A stretch of 61,168 bases of DNA, filler included. It is 6 parts of 6 records of this genome, joined end to end, with 100 filler letters (N's around TTAATTAATTAA, not from the genome) between each part and the next. Parts side by side here need not be neighbours in the genome. Positions count along the whole stretch, not along the records: positions 54,829 to 61,168 come from SRR2962707_2317; 5 more parts are not named here. One strand, given 5' to 3'. Below the pieces are notes generated by a model, which searched no databases, was not told the DNA's origin, and saw only the letters and a program-made list of their open reading frames with translations. Shown here one piece after another: positions 60,092-61,168 of this stretch. Position numbers and translations under genes: made by a program. Position 1 is the first letter of the stretch. Each line of letters begins with the position of its first letter.

Positions 60092-61110
60092 GGCTGCCAC
60101 CGATAGAACAGGTCGTCGGGCATTAACTGTGACGGGTCGGCGCCGGTCAGAATCAGCAACTGTTTCATATCAGCGATGCGCTGGTCGGTCTGAGATCCGG
60201 GAACGCCCTGCACAAATCCCCGCCTGAGCGCCTCGAACACACCATCCGCAGGGTGTCCCATTAATGGCCGGAGACGGTCCCAGTGCCCCGCTTCGCGGGC
60301 CAGTTCGGCTTTCGTGCCAGCCAGGGCAACGGCAAACCGATCAATGAGATCAGCATGCTGCCGGGCCCAGTCTTCGGGGAACACATAACCGAGCACCGGC
60401 AGTTGGCGCTCAAGGCCAAGCTCTGACAGCAACTCGGCCATACTGAACGCCGACCGCCATCCACCCTCCCCCTGCATTCGTGCCGCAAAATGCCAATAGG
60501 TCACGATGACATCCAACTGCCCCCGCTTGAGGGACTGGCTGAGCAACGGAGGTGCGGCAAACTGGACTGACGCAGACGCCGACAGATCTATCCCGTGTCG
60601 GGCGGCTACACGGTTCAGCAGAACCCAGCCTTTGCTGTCAGGTCCGCCAGCGACGCCAATCCGTTTGCCCGGCAGGTCTGCCAGTGAGGATATTTCAGAC
60701 GTCTCGGCCACCAGTATCTCGCCAATCCGGGAAGAAAACGGCAAATACAGGTAGGAGGCCCCCGCCTGATACCGGAACTGAGTCCAGAGCAGATCGGCGA
60801 CGGCACCGTTGACGGACCCCGCTGTCACTGCCAGCCTCGAGGCCGGCAGATTCGCCACCGGCAACAATTCAAGTCGGAATCCGTTGGCCCTGTCGAGGCC
60901 CCGATACTGCAGATGATCCAGTTCCCAATGGGCGGTGCCAAACTGGAGAACACTCAGGGACAAAACCGGTAGATCACTCCCATCGTCATCGCCCGCCGCG
61001 ATCACCACCGGGCACCCCACGAGCAACAACAGCGCTGTGAGGGCGGTAAGCAACCAGTGGCGACCGACAGGGTGGCCGGGAGAGCGTGTTGTATGTATTG
61101 GCGCGTTCAT
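60088..61110 (-). CDS. NitT/TauT-type ABC substrate-binding protein
   Basis: Signal peptide, LQFGTAHWEL, DL.GKRIGVAGGPDSKGW, FAAPPLL, YWHFAAR. Confidence 0.88.
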   Translation of the reverse strand: MNAPIHTTRSPGHPVGRHWLLTALTALLLLVGCPVVIAAGDDDGSDLPVLSLSVLQFGTAHWELDHLQYRGLDRANGFRLELLPVANLPASRLAVTAGSVNGAVADLLWTQFRYQAGASYLYLPFSSRIGEILVAETSEISSLADLPGKRIGVAGGPDSKGWVLLNRVAARHGIDLSASASVQFAAPPLLSQSLKRGQLDVIVTYWHFAARMQGEGGWRSAFSMAELLSELGLERQLPVLGYVFPEDWARQHADLIDRFAVALAGTKAELAREAGHWDRLRPLMGHPADGVFEALRRGFVQGVPGSQTDQRIADMKQLLILTGADPSQLMPDDLFYRWQP

Positions 61111-61168
61111 GACTCAACGATACGAACCGCACCCCGGCGCAAGAATAGTACTTTGGTGCCTGTTTTTT

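Noticed and set aside
1-61168. CRISPR arrays, tRNA/rRNA, transposases, prophage or defence genes
   Set aside because: No regularly spaced repeat-spacer units, cloverleaf or rRNA signatures, or matching protein motifs were seen by eye.

Overview
This window is not one genome. It is six unrelated contigs joined by artificial 100-nt N/TTAATTAATTAA/N spacers. Taxon labels below are inferred from gene content and protein style, not from searches. (1) 1-10896: Devosia/Pelagibacterium-like Hyphomicrobiales core region (valS, exoR-like, xth, LysE, erpA, dgt, argS, SPOR, scpAB) with two copies of a palindromic intergenic repeat, one carrying nested insertions. (2) 10997-21256: eukaryotic (protist-like) contig bounded by microsatellites. 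Manual GT-AG splicing gives a gene of at least 22 exons encoding an atypical formin (TPR-like, Gly-rich, almost no FH1, degenerate FH2, DAD-like, IQ, PH); two minus-strand orphan genes follow. (3) 21357-41088: Hoeflea/Rhizobiales-like region (cytochrome c, SDR/AraC, USP-BCCT, nadABC with NadQ box, phoX with Pho box, recO, era). (4) 41189-48755: Marinobacter-like region ending in htpG with a sigma32 promoter. (5) 48856-54728: Thalassospira-like region with a SAM-II riboswitch followed by a terminator, a DedA/flavoprotein/histidine kinase operon and a candidate structured sRNA behind a LysR-type box. (6) 54829-61168: Marinobacter-like znuA/znuCB-M23 peptidase locus with a Zur box, plus an ABC transporter. 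No CRISPR array, rRNA, tRNA or transposase was found. The best leads are the degenerate formin, the candidate sRNA at about 53.1-53.4 kb, the SAM-II plus terminator leader, the nested repeat and the Zur-linked M23 peptidase.
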